This document shows positions 1 through 9,455 of a DNA stretch of 64,000 nt, in pieces. The position numbers and the translations under genes were made by a program. Where the stretch lies: the NCBI GenBank assembly GCA_018065695.1, contig JAGHST010000015.1, forward strand, positions 8,778-72,777, given 5' to 3'. This stretch comes from Candidatus Cacconaster caballi. Its GTDB lineage: Bacteria; Bacteroidota; Bacteroidia; Bacteroidales; UBA932. The notes below the pieces were generated by a model. It did no database searches. It had not been told where the DNA came from and saw nothing but the letters and a program-made list of their open reading frames with translations. Every line of letters starts with the position of its first letter. The first letter of the stretch is position 1.

Positions 1-193
1 CGAGTGTCCCTTCCAGAAGCATATCGGCAAAGCGCTCCGTGCAGAGCGCTGATGCAGCCTCATAATCCATCGAGCAGAAAGCATTCAAAAACCCTTCCGC
101 TGCAGAACGGACGCGCCTTTCCGCAATATTGCCACAGGATGTCAGGCTCGTGAGCGCTACGGCCGCAAGCACCGCATAAAGAATTCTTTTCAT
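1..193 (-). CDS. lipoprotein, 5' part only (gene runs off the window start)
   Basis: Minus-strand ATG at 191-193, 2 nt after the mutS2 stop. Translates MKRILYAVLAAVALTSLTSCGNIAERR (signal peptide plus lipobox Cys). The frame stays open to position 1. Confidence 0.5.
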   Translation of the reverse strand, partial: MKRILYAVLAAVALTSLTSCGNIAERRVRSAAEGFLNAFCSMDYEAASALCTERFADMLLEGTL

Positions 194-195
194 TG

Positions 196-2688
196 TCATA
201 TATCCATTGTCACCACAGTCACTCCTGCACCACCCCGGTTTATATCCTCATCGGCACAGGATTTGACGGAAGGCACCGTACGCAGGTATTTCCTTATCTC
301 CTCACGCAGCACTCCGTTGCCCTTGCCGTGCAGAATCGTCACTTCGCCGACACCAACCATAGTGGCATCGTCTATGAAATGCTGGACTATCTCCAACGCA
401 GGCTGAAGCCTCTCTCCCCGCAAATCGATGCTCGGCTTGAAATTCAGTTTGCGCTCCCTGATGGCGGAATCGTCAAAATGATTGACAGGCCTGAACGTGG
501 AGCGACTCCGTTCCTTATACTGTTGATTTGATATTTTCTCTATTTTACCGGGGGCAATCCTGCTGACAATGCTGCCCACCGCCACAGATACATATTTGGA
601 TGAAATCCGTGTGACCTCTCCGACCATATCATTATCCTTCAAGCGGACTTTGTCACCGACTTTCAAAGTTTTGTCCTCATTTGCCTTCACCGGCTTTTCA
701 ACCGGCAGTTCAGTCTCCTGAGAGCGTCTGGCCTTGCGCTGTGCCTCTCTCTCCTTGCGGGCGATTATCTGCTGCATCTTCTTCTCTATTGCAGCATCGG
801 TTTCGCTCTGCTTTTCGCGATAGAGTTCCTCCCGGAAATTCTTCAGCTCTTCCCTTGCGGCCTTTGTCTTCTCCTTCTCGGCCTGCGCTTCCTTGATGCG
901 GCGGATGGTATTCTCCACCTCCCGGTTGGCATTCTCTATTATCTCTTCAGCCTCCTTGCGTGCCTGGGCAAGAATACTCTTCTTGAGCTCCTTGATATCG
1001 CCCAACTCTTTCTGATATCTGTCGGTAAGACTTTCGAGAGTCTTGTCAGTCGTCTTGATACGGGCCAGTTTCTCGTCAAGCACACGCCTGTTTCTGGCTA
1101 TCTTGCGGAGATTCCGCTCTATGTTGACAAAGTCGCTTCCGGCACGCTCTTCGGCATCTTTTACAATCTCCTGCGGAAGACCTATCTTGCGGGCAAGCTC
1201 AAATGCGAAGGAGTTGCCCGGCATTCCCTGCTCAAGCTTGAAAAGAGGACGTATCGCTGCACCGTCGAAAAGCATTGCTCCGTTTGCCACGCTTTTGCTG
1301 GAATCGGCATACAGCTTAAGGTTGGTATAGTGGGTGGTGATGACGCCATAGACGCCCATTTCATCGAGCCTGGAGAGTACAGCCTCTGCTATGGCACCTC
1401 CTGCGGCAGGCTCCGTGCCACTGCCGAATTCGTCGATGAGAACAAGCGACTTTTTGGTGGCATGGCTGAGTATTTCACCCATATTCTTCAAGTGAGAACT
1501 ATATGTGCTGAGGTCATTTTCTATCGACTGGTTGTCTCCTATGTCGATGAAGATATTGTCGAATATCACCATCTCGCTGATTTCGGAACTCGGAATCAGC
1601 AATCCCCACTGAAACATATATTGAAGCAGTCCGACAGTCTTGAGGCATACGCTTTTTCCTCCGGCATTCGGACCGCTTATCAGAAGGATACGCTTGTCTG
1701 CGGTAAGATTGAGCGTAAGCGGCACCACTTCCTTGCCTTCCCGCCGCAAAGAAGCCTCCAGAAGAGGATGACGCGCCGAGCGCAGCGAAAGGCTGCCGTC
1801 TGACGAAATGACCGGAAGGCCGGCTCTCATATCAAGTGCCACAAGAGCCTTTGCCCTTATGAAATCCATCTCTCCGATATATTCCGAAGAGGCAATCAGC
1901 TCACTCAGATACGGCCTGAGGAAATCGGTGAAACGCTGCAGGATGCGGGCAATCTCCCTCTGTTCTTCAAACTGAAGCTCACGTACCTGGTTGTTCAGCT
2001 CTATCACCTCCAGCGGCTCAATGAAGGCAGTTTTTCCCGTTGCCGATTCGTCATAGACTATGCCCGGCAATTTGCGCTTGTTTGCGGCGGCAACAGGTAT
2101 GAGAACCCTGCCGTCGCGAATGGAAACGTCAGCTTCAGGGTCCACAATGCCCTCGGACTGTGCATTTTTGAGAATTGAGGCTATACGTTTGGATATAGTG
2201 CCTTCCTTTGCCTTCAGACTGCGCCTTATTTCGGCCAGTTCGGGGGATGCGTTGTCCCTAACCTGTCCGTCACGGTCCAGGACGGCGTCTATCGAGCGGC
2301 TGATTTCCGGATAGTAGGTCACTGAAGATGAGAGACGGCGGAGCGCCGGATAGAGATCGTCCTTGCAGTTGGAGAAGAATGCAAGGATGCGATGCAGGGT
2401 ATCCAGGCTTGTGCGAAGCGCCTTCAGAGAAGGAAGGTCTATCGAGACGGCCTCAGACTCCAGCGGAAGGAGAAACTCTTTGGTGTCCAGATAGCCTCCT
2501 GAAGGGAAACTGTCTTCGAACATACATATCAGGCGCATCTCGTCCACAAGTGCCAGACGCAGCAGAATCTCCTTGCGGTCGGTAGAGAACTGCTCGTTTT
2601 CAACTTTGGAGGCGGCATAGGCGGTGGAGCATTTCCCCGCGATTTTCAATCTTATCCTGTCAAATCCTATCTTTTGCTCCAGTCCCAT
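196..2688 (-). CDS. mutS2: endonuclease MutS2 (MutS ATPase plus C-terminal Smr domain)
   Basis: 830-aa ORF with Walker A GPNAGGKS, LIDEFGSGTEP block, long Lys/Glu-rich coiled coil, and C-terminal Smr (DLRGERL...ILHGKGNGVLR). Confidence 0.92.
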   Translation of the reverse strand: MGLEQKIGFDRIRLKIAGKCSTAYAASKVENEQFSTDRKEILLRLALVDEMRLICMFEDSFPSGGYLDTKEFLLPLESEAVSIDLPSLKALRTSLDTLHRILAFFSNCKDDLYPALRRLSSSVTYYPEISRSIDAVLDRDGQVRDNASPELAEIRRSLKAKEGTISKRIASILKNAQSEGIVDPEADVSIRDGRVLIPVAAANKRKLPGIVYDESATGKTAFIEPLEVIELNNQVRELQFEEQREIARILQRFTDFLRPYLSELIASSEYIGEMDFIRAKALVALDMRAGLPVISSDGSLSLRSARHPLLEASLRREGKEVVPLTLNLTADKRILLISGPNAGGKSVCLKTVGLLQYMFQWGLLIPSSEISEMVIFDNIFIDIGDNQSIENDLSTYSSHLKNMGEILSHATKKSLVLIDEFGSGTEPAAGGAIAEAVLSRLDEMGVYGVITTHYTNLKLYADSSKSVANGAMLFDGAAIRPLFKLEQGMPGNSFAFELARKIGLPQEIVKDAEERAGSDFVNIERNLRKIARNRRVLDEKLARIKTTDKTLESLTDRYQKELGDIKELKKSILAQARKEAEEIIENANREVENTIRRIKEAQAEKEKTKAAREELKNFREELYREKQSETDAAIEKKMQQIIARKEREAQRKARRSQETELPVEKPVKANEDKTLKVGDKVRLKDNDMVGEVTRISSKYVSVAVGSIVSRIAPGKIEKISNQQYKERSRSTFRPVNHFDDSAIRERKLNFKPSIDLRGERLQPALEIVQHFIDDATMVGVGEVTILHGKGNGVLREEIRKYLRTVPSVKSCADEDINRGGAGVTVVTMDI

Positions 2689-2696
2689 CCCAAGTT

Positions 2697-3473
2697 CTAT
2701 TTGTATGAGTTCTCAACAGCAATACGGAGTTCCGTGATGCTGCCCATAGTCTTGATTTCCCCTCTTGAGACAAATGAAATTTCACCTGTCTCTTCTGACA
2801 CGACAACTACAGTGGCGTCCGTGTGCTCCGTCACACCTATCGCCGCACGGTGACGCATACCGTAGCGCGGAGGAATATCCTGCCTGTCGGTAATCGGCAA
2901 AGTGCATCGGGCAGCGATTATCTCGGATCTGCTCATAATCATCGCACCGTCGTGGAGCGGAGTATTCTTGAAAAATATGTTCTCGATAAGGCGTCTGTTT
3001 ATGCGGGCGGAAATAGTGTCGCCCGTATCGATGATGTCCTGCACGTTGCCTGAATGAGGCATAACTATGAGTGCGCCCGTCTTGGTCTCGGACATATTCT
3101 GGCAGGCGGCAGTCAGTTCCTCAAGAGCCTCCGCTGATATCCCTCCGGCATTTGAGTGCCGGAACAGCCTGCTGAAGATATTCTTCTGTTTCAGATATCG
3201 GGAACTTATGCCAATGAGGAAACGTCTGATTTCCGGTTGGAAAATAATGAACAGCGCGATGACTCCCACTCCGAGCACCTGTCCCAGAAGAAACGATATA
3301 AGTTGCATCTTGAGAGCCCTGGTGACTACCCATACCACGTACAGCATAGCCACAACGGTGAAAATGCCTCCGGCAGCAGTGCCCCTTACCAGTCTTATGA
3401 GCCAGAAGAAAAGGAGCGCGACAAGCACTATATCGAGTATGTCCGTAAAATAGAGATGAAGAAAATCCAACAT
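2697..3473 (-). CDS. cdaA: diadenylate cyclase CdaA (c-di-AMP synthase)
   Basis: Internal ATG 3471-3473 of the 2697..3746 frame gives 258 aa: three N-terminal TM helices plus a DisA_N domain with DGA (PLHDGAMI) and RHR (GMRHRAAIG) motifs. The upstream 91 codons are non-protein-like and overlap comF. Confidence 0.85.
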   Translation of the reverse strand: MLDFLHLYFTDILDIVLVALLFFWLIRLVRGTAAGGIFTVVAMLYVVWVVTRALKMQLISFLLGQVLGVGVIALFIIFQPEIRRFLIGISSRYLKQKNIFSRLFRHSNAGGISAEALEELTAACQNMSETKTGALIVMPHSGNVQDIIDTGDTISARINRRLIENIFFKNTPLHDGAMIMSRSEIIAARCTLPITDRQDIPPRYGMRHRAAIGVTEHTDATVVVVSEETGEISFVSRGEIKTMGSITELRIAVENSYK

Positions 3474-3526
3474 AATCAAAAAAGGAATGAATTGGCAAGT
3501 TACAAAAATTTCTTTAACTTCGCTGT

Positions 3527-4249
3527 ATGAAGGGAATAATCGAGGCGTTTGGGAATTCTGCCGTGGATTTGAGGGACATTCTGTTCCCGCGCAGATGCTG
3601 CGTATGTGAAGATCCGCTCTGCACAGATGAAAAAGATATATGCACGGCCTGTCTGGAGGACCTTCCTCTGACATATTTCTGGGATTGGGCCCAGAATCCC
3701 GCTTTCGAGCGGCTGGTGCGTCACGCTCCGGTAGAGGCAGCCGCATCCCTTTTCTTCTTCAGGGAAGAGGCGGGTTACAGTCATATTCTCCATAGCATAA
3801 AATATGCAGGGAGGAAGGAACTGGGCCTTCTTATGGGCAGGATGCTGGGGGAAAGACTCGCCTCAAGTTACTGTTTCGCGGAAATAGATGCAGTGGTACC
3901 GGTGCCGTTGCACCCCTTGAGAAAATGGAGCAGAGGATACAATCAGGCTGAGATTATCGCTTCTGCCGTAGCGGAAGCGATGGGAAAGCCGCTGAGAACC
4001 GATCTTCTCTACCGCAAGCGCCGCACCCGTACGCAGACGAAGCTTCACGGTCAGGCCAAGAGGAGCAATGTCAGCGGTGCATTCGCCCTGAGAAGATTGC
4101 CCGAGCCACTACTTTCCGGCACCGGCTCCAAGCCGCATATACTCCTTATAGACGACGTGCTGACGACAGGTTCCACCCTCGCGGAGTGTGCAAACACAAT
4201 AATGCCGCACTGCAAGGTGAGCGCGGCATCTCTTGCTTTTGTCGGTTGA
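3527..4249 (+). CDS. ComF-family phosphoribosyltransferase-like protein
   Basis: N-terminal 4-Cys finger (CCVC...CTAC) and C-terminal PRTase motif ILLIDDVLTTGSTL. TAACTTCG box at 3515-3522, 4 nt from the ATG. Confidence 0.8.
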   Translation: MKGIIEAFGNSAVDLRDILFPRRCCVCEDPLCTDEKDICTACLEDLPLTYFWDWAQNPAFERLVRHAPVEAAASLFFFREEAGYSHILHSIKYAGRKELGLLMGRMLGERLASSYCFAEIDAVVPVPLHPLRKWSRGYNQAEIIASAVAEAMGKPLRTDLLYRKRRTRTQTKLHGQAKRSNVSGAFALRRLPEPLLSGTGSKPHILLIDDVLTTGSTLAECANTIMPHCKVSAASLAFVG

Positions 4250-4253
4250 CAAT

Positions 4254-4880
4254 CTATTTCTGCTGAACCAGTTTCAGGGTGGTTGTCACAGCTGGATAGT
4301 CTGTCAGTGCCAGAACGATATCCGCCCTTCTCTCCTTCCCCGTCAGATTTTCCGGGAAAGTGCATAGCACCTCGACTCTGTTCTGCTGCCACACGGACGG
4401 CTCTATCCGAAGGTCAAAGTCATCACCGGAGAATGATGTCTCCTTGACTGACCATTCGAAATTGGAGTTGACGCTGAATATGGCAAATGTAGCATCGGAA
4501 GAAACTGTCTGCTCACTGTCGTCGCAATAGAGGAAAGGAAGGGATTCCTGAGTGATGGCGACAAAGGAAGAAGACACGGAATTTTCGCCGTTGTGCGCCT
4601 TGAATATGACTCTTATCATATTGGTGGCGCGGCCAAGATACTGAGGCACTTTAATTACGGCTTCTCCGTTGCCTATGCCGCCTGTCGGTGAGATTGTCAC
4701 TTCAGAGTTGCTGCATTCTGCCACCCAAGGGGCATTGGACCGGATTTTCACGGAAAATTCACAGCCCTGAGAATCTGTCTGGCGGCTGAAGATATCGGTG
4801 GAGATTTCAGGGGAAACCTCTTTTGTACAGGATAAAAGTGCAACCGCGAGCAGCGGCAGTACTGTCAAGTATTTTTTCAT
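4254..4880 (-). CDS. small lipoprotein with two Ig-like (BACON-type) modules
   Basis: MKKYLTVLPLLAVALLSCTKE signal/lipobox. Two modules follow the pattern S.V.SN..W...(S)P..G...G...V.V typical of BACON domains. Exact -7 box TATTTTTG (4885-4892, minus) lies 4 nt from the ATG. Confidence 0.6.
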   Translation of the reverse strand: MKKYLTVLPLLAVALLSCTKEVSPEISTDIFSRQTDSQGCEFSVKIRSNAPWVAECSNSEVTISPTGGIGNGEAVIKVPQYLGRATNMIRVIFKAHNGENSVSSSFVAITQESLPFLYCDDSEQTVSSDATFAIFSVNSNFEWSVKETSFSGDDFDLRIEPSVWQQNRVEVLCTFPENLTGKERRADIVLALTDYPAVTTTLKLVQQK

Positions 4881-4920
4881 AAAGCAAAAATAAGCGATTT
4901 TTTCTTAACTTCGCGTCGCA

Positions 4921-5289
4921 ATGAAAAGGTTTTTTACAATTTCCGTTCCACTGACCGTTGCGCTGGCGATTCTTTCGCTCACGTCTTCGTGTGAAAAATA
5001 TATCCTGCCACGGGTAGAACTCTCCACAGACTCTCTGTTTTTCTTCTCCGGAGCCGATTCGGCGAGTGTCTCTGTCACTGCGAACGTGGACTGGCACGTG
5101 GCCCACAAAAGCGGCGATCCCTCATTCGTTGCAATTTCCCCTACCTCAGGCTCTGAAAACGGCACAATTACAGTTACGGTGGGAAAGGCTGAAAAAGAGT
5201 TTGCCGAATGTATCGTGACAGTCAGTTCGGAAATCATCCGCAAGGAACTCTACATCTGTCAGACCAATCAGCAGACTTCCGAAAAATAG
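4921..5289 (+). CDS. small lipoprotein with one BACON-type module
   Basis: MKRFFTISVPLTVALAILSLTSSCEK signal/lipobox. Also ASVSVTANVDWHVAHKSGDPSFVAISPTSGSENGTITVTV. Confidence 0.6.
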   Translation: MKRFFTISVPLTVALAILSLTSSCEKYILPRVELSTDSLFFFSGADSASVSVTANVDWHVAHKSGDPSFVAISPTSGSENGTITVTVGKAEKEFAECIVTVSSEIIRKELYICQTNQQTSEK

Positions 5290-6566
5290 TCCAGGATTTC
5301 CTTCCTTTCTTTTCGCAGGGAAGGCATAAAGGCCCATCTCCATGTGGAGGCCACCCTTCTGTACAATTCGAAGAAATCATACACGAGCAAAGGGGCCGGC
5401 ACAATCAACAGAGTTACGGTGACTGCCCAGTACCACGGCAGGAAGCAGAACGCCAGAACCACCTCAACGATGAATAGCAGCGACCACAATACTATGCAAC
5501 TGCAGCATCTCATCGAGTTGCAGAAGGCCTTGTCCTTGCAGCGCGCGGCCAGAATCTCCGCAACCGTCCACACCGGAAGGGAAGCGCCGGCATAGAGCAG
5601 GAACAGCGGGAAGGACAGCGCTGTAAAAAGCGTCAGCATTACCAGTTGCAGCCACGGATGACGTGATGAGGTGACAAGCAGGCTGATGCGGTTTTCCCTC
5701 CGTCTGCGGGAAAAAGCGCGTACCCTCTCGAAAAGAGATGCTGCCTTCTGCGGCTCCTTTTCCTTGAAGGCTTCGATGCGGCTCACCGTAGCCCTGTTGG
5801 CATCGAATCTCTTGCGCAGCTTTGTCTCATCCACAGGGCAGGTCATCTTCGCAAGCTCCCATACCGCATCATAATCCTCATCATCTTTTACATAGACAAT
5901 CTGCCTGGTCATCGCCTCCCTGGTAATCTCCTTTATGCCGTTCAGCAGATCCGGATCGGTCATATCAGGATGACTCCCTATATATTTGGAAACGTTTATC
6001 GGCTCTCCTATCTGCAACAGCAGCGTGCTGCGGAAGCGGTAATAATCACCGTATTCGCAACCTACCGGCACTATATAGACAGGCTTTTCGCTTCCGATGC
6101 GACGGTATGTCCCGAGGGCGATTCGGGAAAGACCCTTGCCAAGCGGGAGCAGACTGTGCATCGAACGGTGCGTACCTTCAGGCAGAATACAGAAATTCGT
6201 GTCGTGAAGCAGCACGTCAATCGACTTTTCTATGATTTCGTCATTGTTCTTGACAGTGCGCAGGCCGTCCCGACGCCTGTTGATGGGCATTATCTTGAAA
6301 GTTGTCAGAATCTTGCGGGCAAGAGGATGTTTGAAAACGTCCGCCCTTGCCACAAAAACTTTCTTCTCGGGACTGAGCGCAAGGACCGCAAAAGGGTCCA
6401 TCAGCGCGGAAGCGTGGTTGGGAGCGAAGATTACAGGGCCGTCCGTAGGGACATTCTCACGTCCGTGACACTCGTACGTCCTGAAGGAGTTGTGGATATA
6501 GCGGTCCACGATAAACCTCAGAAAATTGTACAGACGATTCTCTTTATATATCTTCGTTGCACTCAT
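5268..6566 (-). CDS. glycerolipid acyltransferase (PlsC/LPLAT family) with C-terminal multi-TM extension
   Basis: Acyltransferase blocks FAPNHASALMDPF and ILPEGTHRS, with about 130 C-terminal residues of hydrophobic helices. ATG 6564-6566 is preferred over the track start 6611, because 6567-6622 then holds the divergent promoters. Confidence 0.75.
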   Translation of the reverse strand: MSATKIYKENRLYNFLRFIVDRYIHNSFRTYECHGRENVPTDGPVIFAPNHASALMDPFAVLALSPEKKVFVARADVFKHPLARKILTTFKIMPINRRRDGLRTVKNNDEIIEKSIDVLLHDTNFCILPEGTHRSMHSLLPLGKGLSRIALGTYRRIGSEKPVYIVPVGCEYGDYYRFRSTLLLQIGEPINVSKYIGSHPDMTDPDLLNGIKEITREAMTRQIVYVKDDEDYDAVWELAKMTCPVDETKLRKRFDANRATVSRIEAFKEKEPQKAASLFERVRAFSRRRRENRISLLVTSSRHPWLQLVMLTLFTALSFPLFLLYAGASLPVWTVAEILAARCKDKAFCNSMRCCSCIVLWSLLFIVEVVLAFCFLPWYWAVTVTLLIVPAPLLVYDFFELYRRVASTWRWAFMPSLRKERKEILDYFSEVC

Positions 6567-6595
6567 AATCCGGCGCAAGTTACATTTTTTTCCAT

Positions 6596-6603
6596 TATCT
6601 TTG
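6596..6603 (+). promoter_or_regulatory. -7 box TATCTTTG for the 6623 gene
   Basis: Exact match to the Bacteroidota TAnnTTTG consensus, 19 nt upstream of the ATG. Confidence 0.45.
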
Positions 6604-6622
6604 TCAGACAAGAACCTTTCTT

Positions 6623-7036
6623 ATGAAAAAAATCATCACCGTATCCGTTCTGGCCGCATTTGCGGCACTCTTCTCCGCAAATGTCTCAGCACAGCAGATG
6701 AGTGAGGAGGACATTCAGAAAATCATTGAGAAATCTGTCGAGAATATAGACAGATATGTCCGTCTGGACGACGTCCAGCTCTTCTTTTTGGATTCCATAT
6801 ACCGCTTCAACATTCCTGCCATGTACAAAGAGATGGAAGATGCGAAAGCGGCAGGTTCAAGCAATCAGGAGACATACATCGCAATATCCGACATCTGGAT
6901 GGCAAAATGCGACGATGCCATCGAGAAGATCCTCTCCAAGGAGCAGTGGCAGAAATATCTCAAGTGCGGCTACGGCAGGGAGAGAAAGCAGAGGGAAAAG
7001 CGTGCGGCTCTCAGAGACCGGAAAATTCGCAAGTAA
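6623..7036 (+). CDS. secreted hypothetical protein (137 aa)
   Basis: Signal peptide MKKIITVSVLAAFAALFSANVSAQ, helical charged body, Lys/Arg-rich C-terminus. No recognisable family. Confidence 0.55.
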   Translation: MKKIITVSVLAAFAALFSANVSAQQMSEEDIQKIIEKSVENIDRYVRLDDVQLFFLDSIYRFNIPAMYKEMEDAKAAGSSNQETYIAISDIWMAKCDDAIEKILSKEQWQKYLKCGYGRERKQREKRAALRDRKIRK

Positions 7037-7853
7037 TCGGATAGTGGTCCGAAATCCACATCACACCGTAATATCCCGTGAGAATCCTGTATTCGAGCGG
7101 GATTGTATTTAAAAAGAAAATGTGGTCGATGATGCTTGTCCTCGGCCCGTCAAGAGAAATCGTTCCGAAATTGTTGAACGTGTTGTAGTCGCTGGACACT
7201 TCAGCCGTCTCCCTTGCATTCATAAGGTAGTCGTTCAGCGGGGCGAGATACTGGCTGTCGTAATTGGAATTGAAATCACCGGTGAGGAAGACAGGAGCGT
7301 TGCTCTCTTCCAAAAGATGCTTCATCTGTCTGACTATCATTTTGCCGGCCTCGGTGCGGGCAATGGTGCCGACGTGGTCGAAATGGGTGTTGAAGAAGAA
7401 CACTTCCTCCCCGCTGGCCTTGTCCCGCAGTTTCACCCAGGAGACAACTCTCTTGTATGCTCCGTCCCATCCGAGAGAGGGTACCAAAGGTGTGGGGCTG
7501 AGCCAGAACGTGTGCTTTTCAATGCATTCGAACCGGTCTTTTCTCCAGAAGATGGCATTGCATTCGCCGCGTCCCTGCCCGTCTTCACGGTCCACTCCAT
7601 ACTCCTCATATTCCGGCAGGCGGTCCTTCAGATAGCTTATCATATCCAATATGCCTTCCTGTGTGCCGAGAAGGTCCGGTTGCTCTTCTCTCAGCATCTT
7701 GACGACGGCATCCCTCCGGTACTTCCAGTTGTTGTTTCCGTCCTGAGTCTCGCTGTTGCAAACTCTCAGATTGAAGGACATCACCTTTACATTCTCTGCA
7801 CAAGAGGCCATTGCCAGCGAGAGCAGTATTGTCACAAAAGCAATCTTTTTCAT
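7011..7853 (-). CDS. endonuclease/exonuclease/phosphatase (EEP) family lipoprotein
   Basis: Internal ATG 7851-7853 gives MKKIAFVTILLSLAMASCAEN (lipobox). EEP blocks SFNLR, GTQE, NTHFDH, GDFN, SDHYPI. ATGA overlap with the upstream HAD gene. Confidence 0.8.
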   Translation of the reverse strand: MKKIAFVTILLSLAMASCAENVKVMSFNLRVCNSETQDGNNNWKYRRDAVVKMLREEQPDLLGTQEGILDMISYLKDRLPEYEEYGVDREDGQGRGECNAIFWRKDRFECIEKHTFWLSPTPLVPSLGWDGAYKRVVSWVKLRDKASGEEVFFFNTHFDHVGTIARTEAGKMIVRQMKHLLEESNAPVFLTGDFNSNYDSQYLAPLNDYLMNARETAEVSSDYNTFNNFGTISLDGPRTSIIDHIFFLNTIPLEYRILTGYYGVMWISDHYPITCEFSGL

Positions 7854-8470
7854 ATCAAATCCATAATGTTTTTCGAAGAAGTGACGTGTATCAGGGCCGG
7901 AATGCCGCGCTTTCCCCTGCCGTTCCAGTCCGCCAGTGCGAAATCCACACCCGCTCCGGCAGCGCACTGCCAATCGTGGGTGGTATCACCTATGTAGATA
8001 CACTTACGAGGGTCTGCACCCATTTTTTCGATGTAGTACAGAATAGGGTCTGGGTCGGGCTTGTGTCGCAACGTATCTTCCGAGCATACCATCAGGTCGA
8101 AGATTGATGCCCATTTGCGCAGCGTGGGGTCGTAGTTCAGTTCAAACCTGTTGCGGGAGGTTACAATGCCAAGACGGGCACCTGCGGCCTTGACGGCGGC
8201 AAGGGCCTCCTCAACGCCGGGAAAGACCGTCACCAGATACATCAGTTCCTGAAAATGCGTCTCCCAGGTCTCTGCAAACAACTTTGCATCAGATGCACCG
8301 AGAGCTTCCGCCGCCTTGGCGCTTGGCAGGCCGAAGTAATCATAGAGAGCCTCATACTCCATCTCTTTGCCGGTAATTTCCCTGACTGTCTGCTGCAAGG
8401 AGAGTATCCCTGTCTTTTCAGTATTCAGCAGAGTGCCGTCCACATCAAATATAAAGTGATTGTATTTCAT
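7850..8470 (-). CDS. HAD-IA family phosphatase
   Basis: Motif I FDVDGTLLNT, motif II VTSR, motif III/IV K...GDTTHD. Confidence 0.8.
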   Translation of the reverse strand: MKYNHFIFDVDGTLLNTEKTGILSLQQTVREITGKEMEYEALYDYFGLPSAKAAEALGASDAKLFAETWETHFQELMYLVTVFPGVEEALAAVKAAGARLGIVTSRNRFELNYDPTLRKWASIFDLMVCSEDTLRHKPDPDPILYYIEKMGADPRKCIYIGDTTHDWQCAAGAGVDFALADWNGRGKRGIPALIHVTSSKNIMDLI

Positions 8471-8471
8471 A

Positions 8472-9434
8472 CTATCTGTTGTCTATTTTGATTACCACGG
8501 GAAGGTGGTCGCTGTAGCCGTTGTCGAAGGAATTGCCACTGTAACTGCGTTTCGGAGCCCCCTTGAACATCATCCAGTTCCTGCGGAAAATCTCAGCATA
8601 GTGGCGTGAATCCAGTTTCTTGATTTTCAACCCGGTATTCCCCTCGATGACAGGAAGCATATTGCGTGATACTATGATGTTGTCATACAAGACCCAGCGA
8701 TGATTGTGGAGGCTGGTGCCCAACCCCTCGTCCTGAAGCATCCAGCAAGGATTGAAATATTCTCCGCTCTGAACGTTGAAGATGTTCTTTCCGGCACGCA
8801 GCAACAGGGCAAGCGATTCGTCTGAAGGAGTGTCGTTCATATCGCCCATAATAACAACCTTGATGTCAGGATATTGGCTCCGCATCGCTTCTGCGTGGTC
8901 GCGGACGGTCTCGGCACCTGCCTTGCGGAAGCCTTGCGAAGCATTCACGCCTGCACGGCGACTGAGGAAGTGACATACATAGAAAATGAACATCTCACCG
9001 TCTATGGAGCCCCAGGCCGCCAGAATGTCCCGGCCAATGTATTCACGGCCGCTGCGCAGCACCAACTTCACAGGCTCGCAGCCCATAAGGGTGAATTTGT
9101 CGGGACGGTAGAAAAATCCCACGTCCACACCGCGGGCATCATTGGATTCGAAATGAACCGCCTTGTAGTGGGCTCCGCGCATACGCCTCCGGTCTGCAAG
9201 GTCTTTCAACACCTTGAGATTCTCCACTTCCGACATTCCCACGGCTATGGGGAATCCTCCGTAGGAGGAAGCCACTGCCGAAAACACCTGACTCAGGTTT
9301 TCCAGTTTCCTGTTATAACGTTCCGGTGTCCATCGCTTCGCTCCGTTGGGCGTGAACTCCTCATCGTTCGTACGGGGATCATCCACTGTATCGTAGAGAT
9401 TTTCCAGATTATAGAACATTATCGAATAGGACAT
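8472..9434 (-). CDS. EEP family phosphoesterase/nuclease-like protein, no signal peptide
   Basis: FYNLENLYD N-terminus, GDMND, SDHLPV C-terminal block. 1-nt gap to the HAD gene. Confidence 0.8.
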   Translation of the reverse strand: MSYSIMFYNLENLYDTVDDPRTNDEEFTPNGAKRWTPERYNRKLENLSQVFSAVASSYGGFPIAVGMSEVENLKVLKDLADRRRMRGAHYKAVHFESNDARGVDVGFFYRPDKFTLMGCEPVKLVLRSGREYIGRDILAAWGSIDGEMFIFYVCHFLSRRAGVNASQGFRKAGAETVRDHAEAMRSQYPDIKVVIMGDMNDTPSDESLALLLRAGKNIFNVQSGEYFNPCWMLQDEGLGTSLHNHRWVLYDNIIVSRNMLPVIEGNTGLKIKKLDSRHYAEIFRRNWMMFKGAPKRSYSGNSFDNGYSDHLPVVIKIDNR

Positions 9435-9455
9435 CGGTGCTTCTTCTTTGTGTGT

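Noticed and set aside
3474-3746. N-terminal 91-codon extension of the cdaA frame overlapping comF
   Set aside because: The extension is Arg/Pro/Cys-rich and non-protein-like. It overlaps the comF start and promoter, and an internal ATG gives a canonical 3-TM CdaA. Analogous extensions were trimmed for the EEP gene (7854-7973), gpmI, rnr, rdgB, menA, the thiL-like gene, tyrS, yidD, the DUF4271 gene and uvrC.
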